From assembly GCA_963798845.1 (NCBI GenBank), contig CAWCUS010000001.1, positions 332,999 through 396,998 on the forward strand: a stretch of DNA of 64,000 bases, read 5' to 3'. The DNA is from an uncultured Gemmatimonadales bacterium (GTDB taxonomy: Bacteria; Gemmatimonadota; Gemmatimonadetes; Longimicrobiales; RSA9). Position 1 is the first letter of the stretch, and each line of letters opens with the position of its first letter. A program made the position numbers and the translations under genes. Positions 63,929-64,000 of this stretch are shown piece by piece. The notes below the pieces were generated by a model that searched no databases, had not been told where the DNA came from, and saw only the letters and a list, made by a program, of their open reading frames with translations.

Positions 63929-64000
63929 ATGGCTCGCCAGCAGAGTCGTTCCTCGGCCCCATCCGACGCGGAGCTGCGCGCGCAGCTCGGCCCCGCCCAC
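63929..64000 (+). CDS. Start of a hypothetical protein running off the right edge
   Basis: AAGGAGG RBS, then ATG: MARQQSRSSAPSDAELRAQLGPAH... Confidence 0.6.
   Translation, partial: MARQQSRSSAPSDAELRAQLGPAH

Noticed and set aside
1-64000. tRNA/rRNA genes, IS elements, integrases, prophage, defence islands
   Set aside because: No recognisable motifs or ORFs, and no obvious block of shifted base composition

Overview
Very GC-rich (roughly 70% by eye), gene-dense bacterial chromosomal window. The gene repertoire (ADOP orphan permease, M14 and tricorn peptidases, REC-ANTAR regulator, small lineage-type proteins) suggests Gemmatimonadota, which is an inference only. I found no rRNA, tRNA, CRISPR, transposase or phage genes. 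In order, the window holds: a betaine/ergothioneine-type ABC transporter divergent from egtD plus a Na+/solute symporter; a GH47 mannosidase; an ADOP permease; acs; a dksA-like gene; an M14 peptidase; fur/perR; glnA converging on a REC-ANTAR/HisKA_2 pair; dacB-LysM; NlpC/P60; fabI; EamA; a frameshifted MFS; nicotinate PRTase; an M15 peptidase; tupABC-fdhD-mobA-moeA; ETF-QO and etfBA; tricorn; mpg; an NYN-LOTUS nuclease; an acyl-CoA ligase; aroB; ybdK; a Ddl-like/Ddl-like/GNAT/KamA operon; folK; a cupin; and tyrS. The best candidate for an undescribed system is the operon at 54033-58094: two D-Ala-D-Ala-ligase-like ATP-grasp enzymes, a GNAT and a lysine 2,3-aminomutase, divergent from a YbdK carboxylate-amine ligase. 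Its leader contains a terminator/antiterminator switch, which suggests a regulated pathway for a beta-lysine-containing peptide or solute. Other highlights are a terminator in the leader of the ANTAR regulator, a kinase with degenerate ATP boxes, an NYN-2xLOTUS-IDR-HhH protein, an ETF-QO missing one Fe-S cysteine, and several satellite-like repeat arrays between convergent genes. All calls come from reading motifs by eye; no searches were run.
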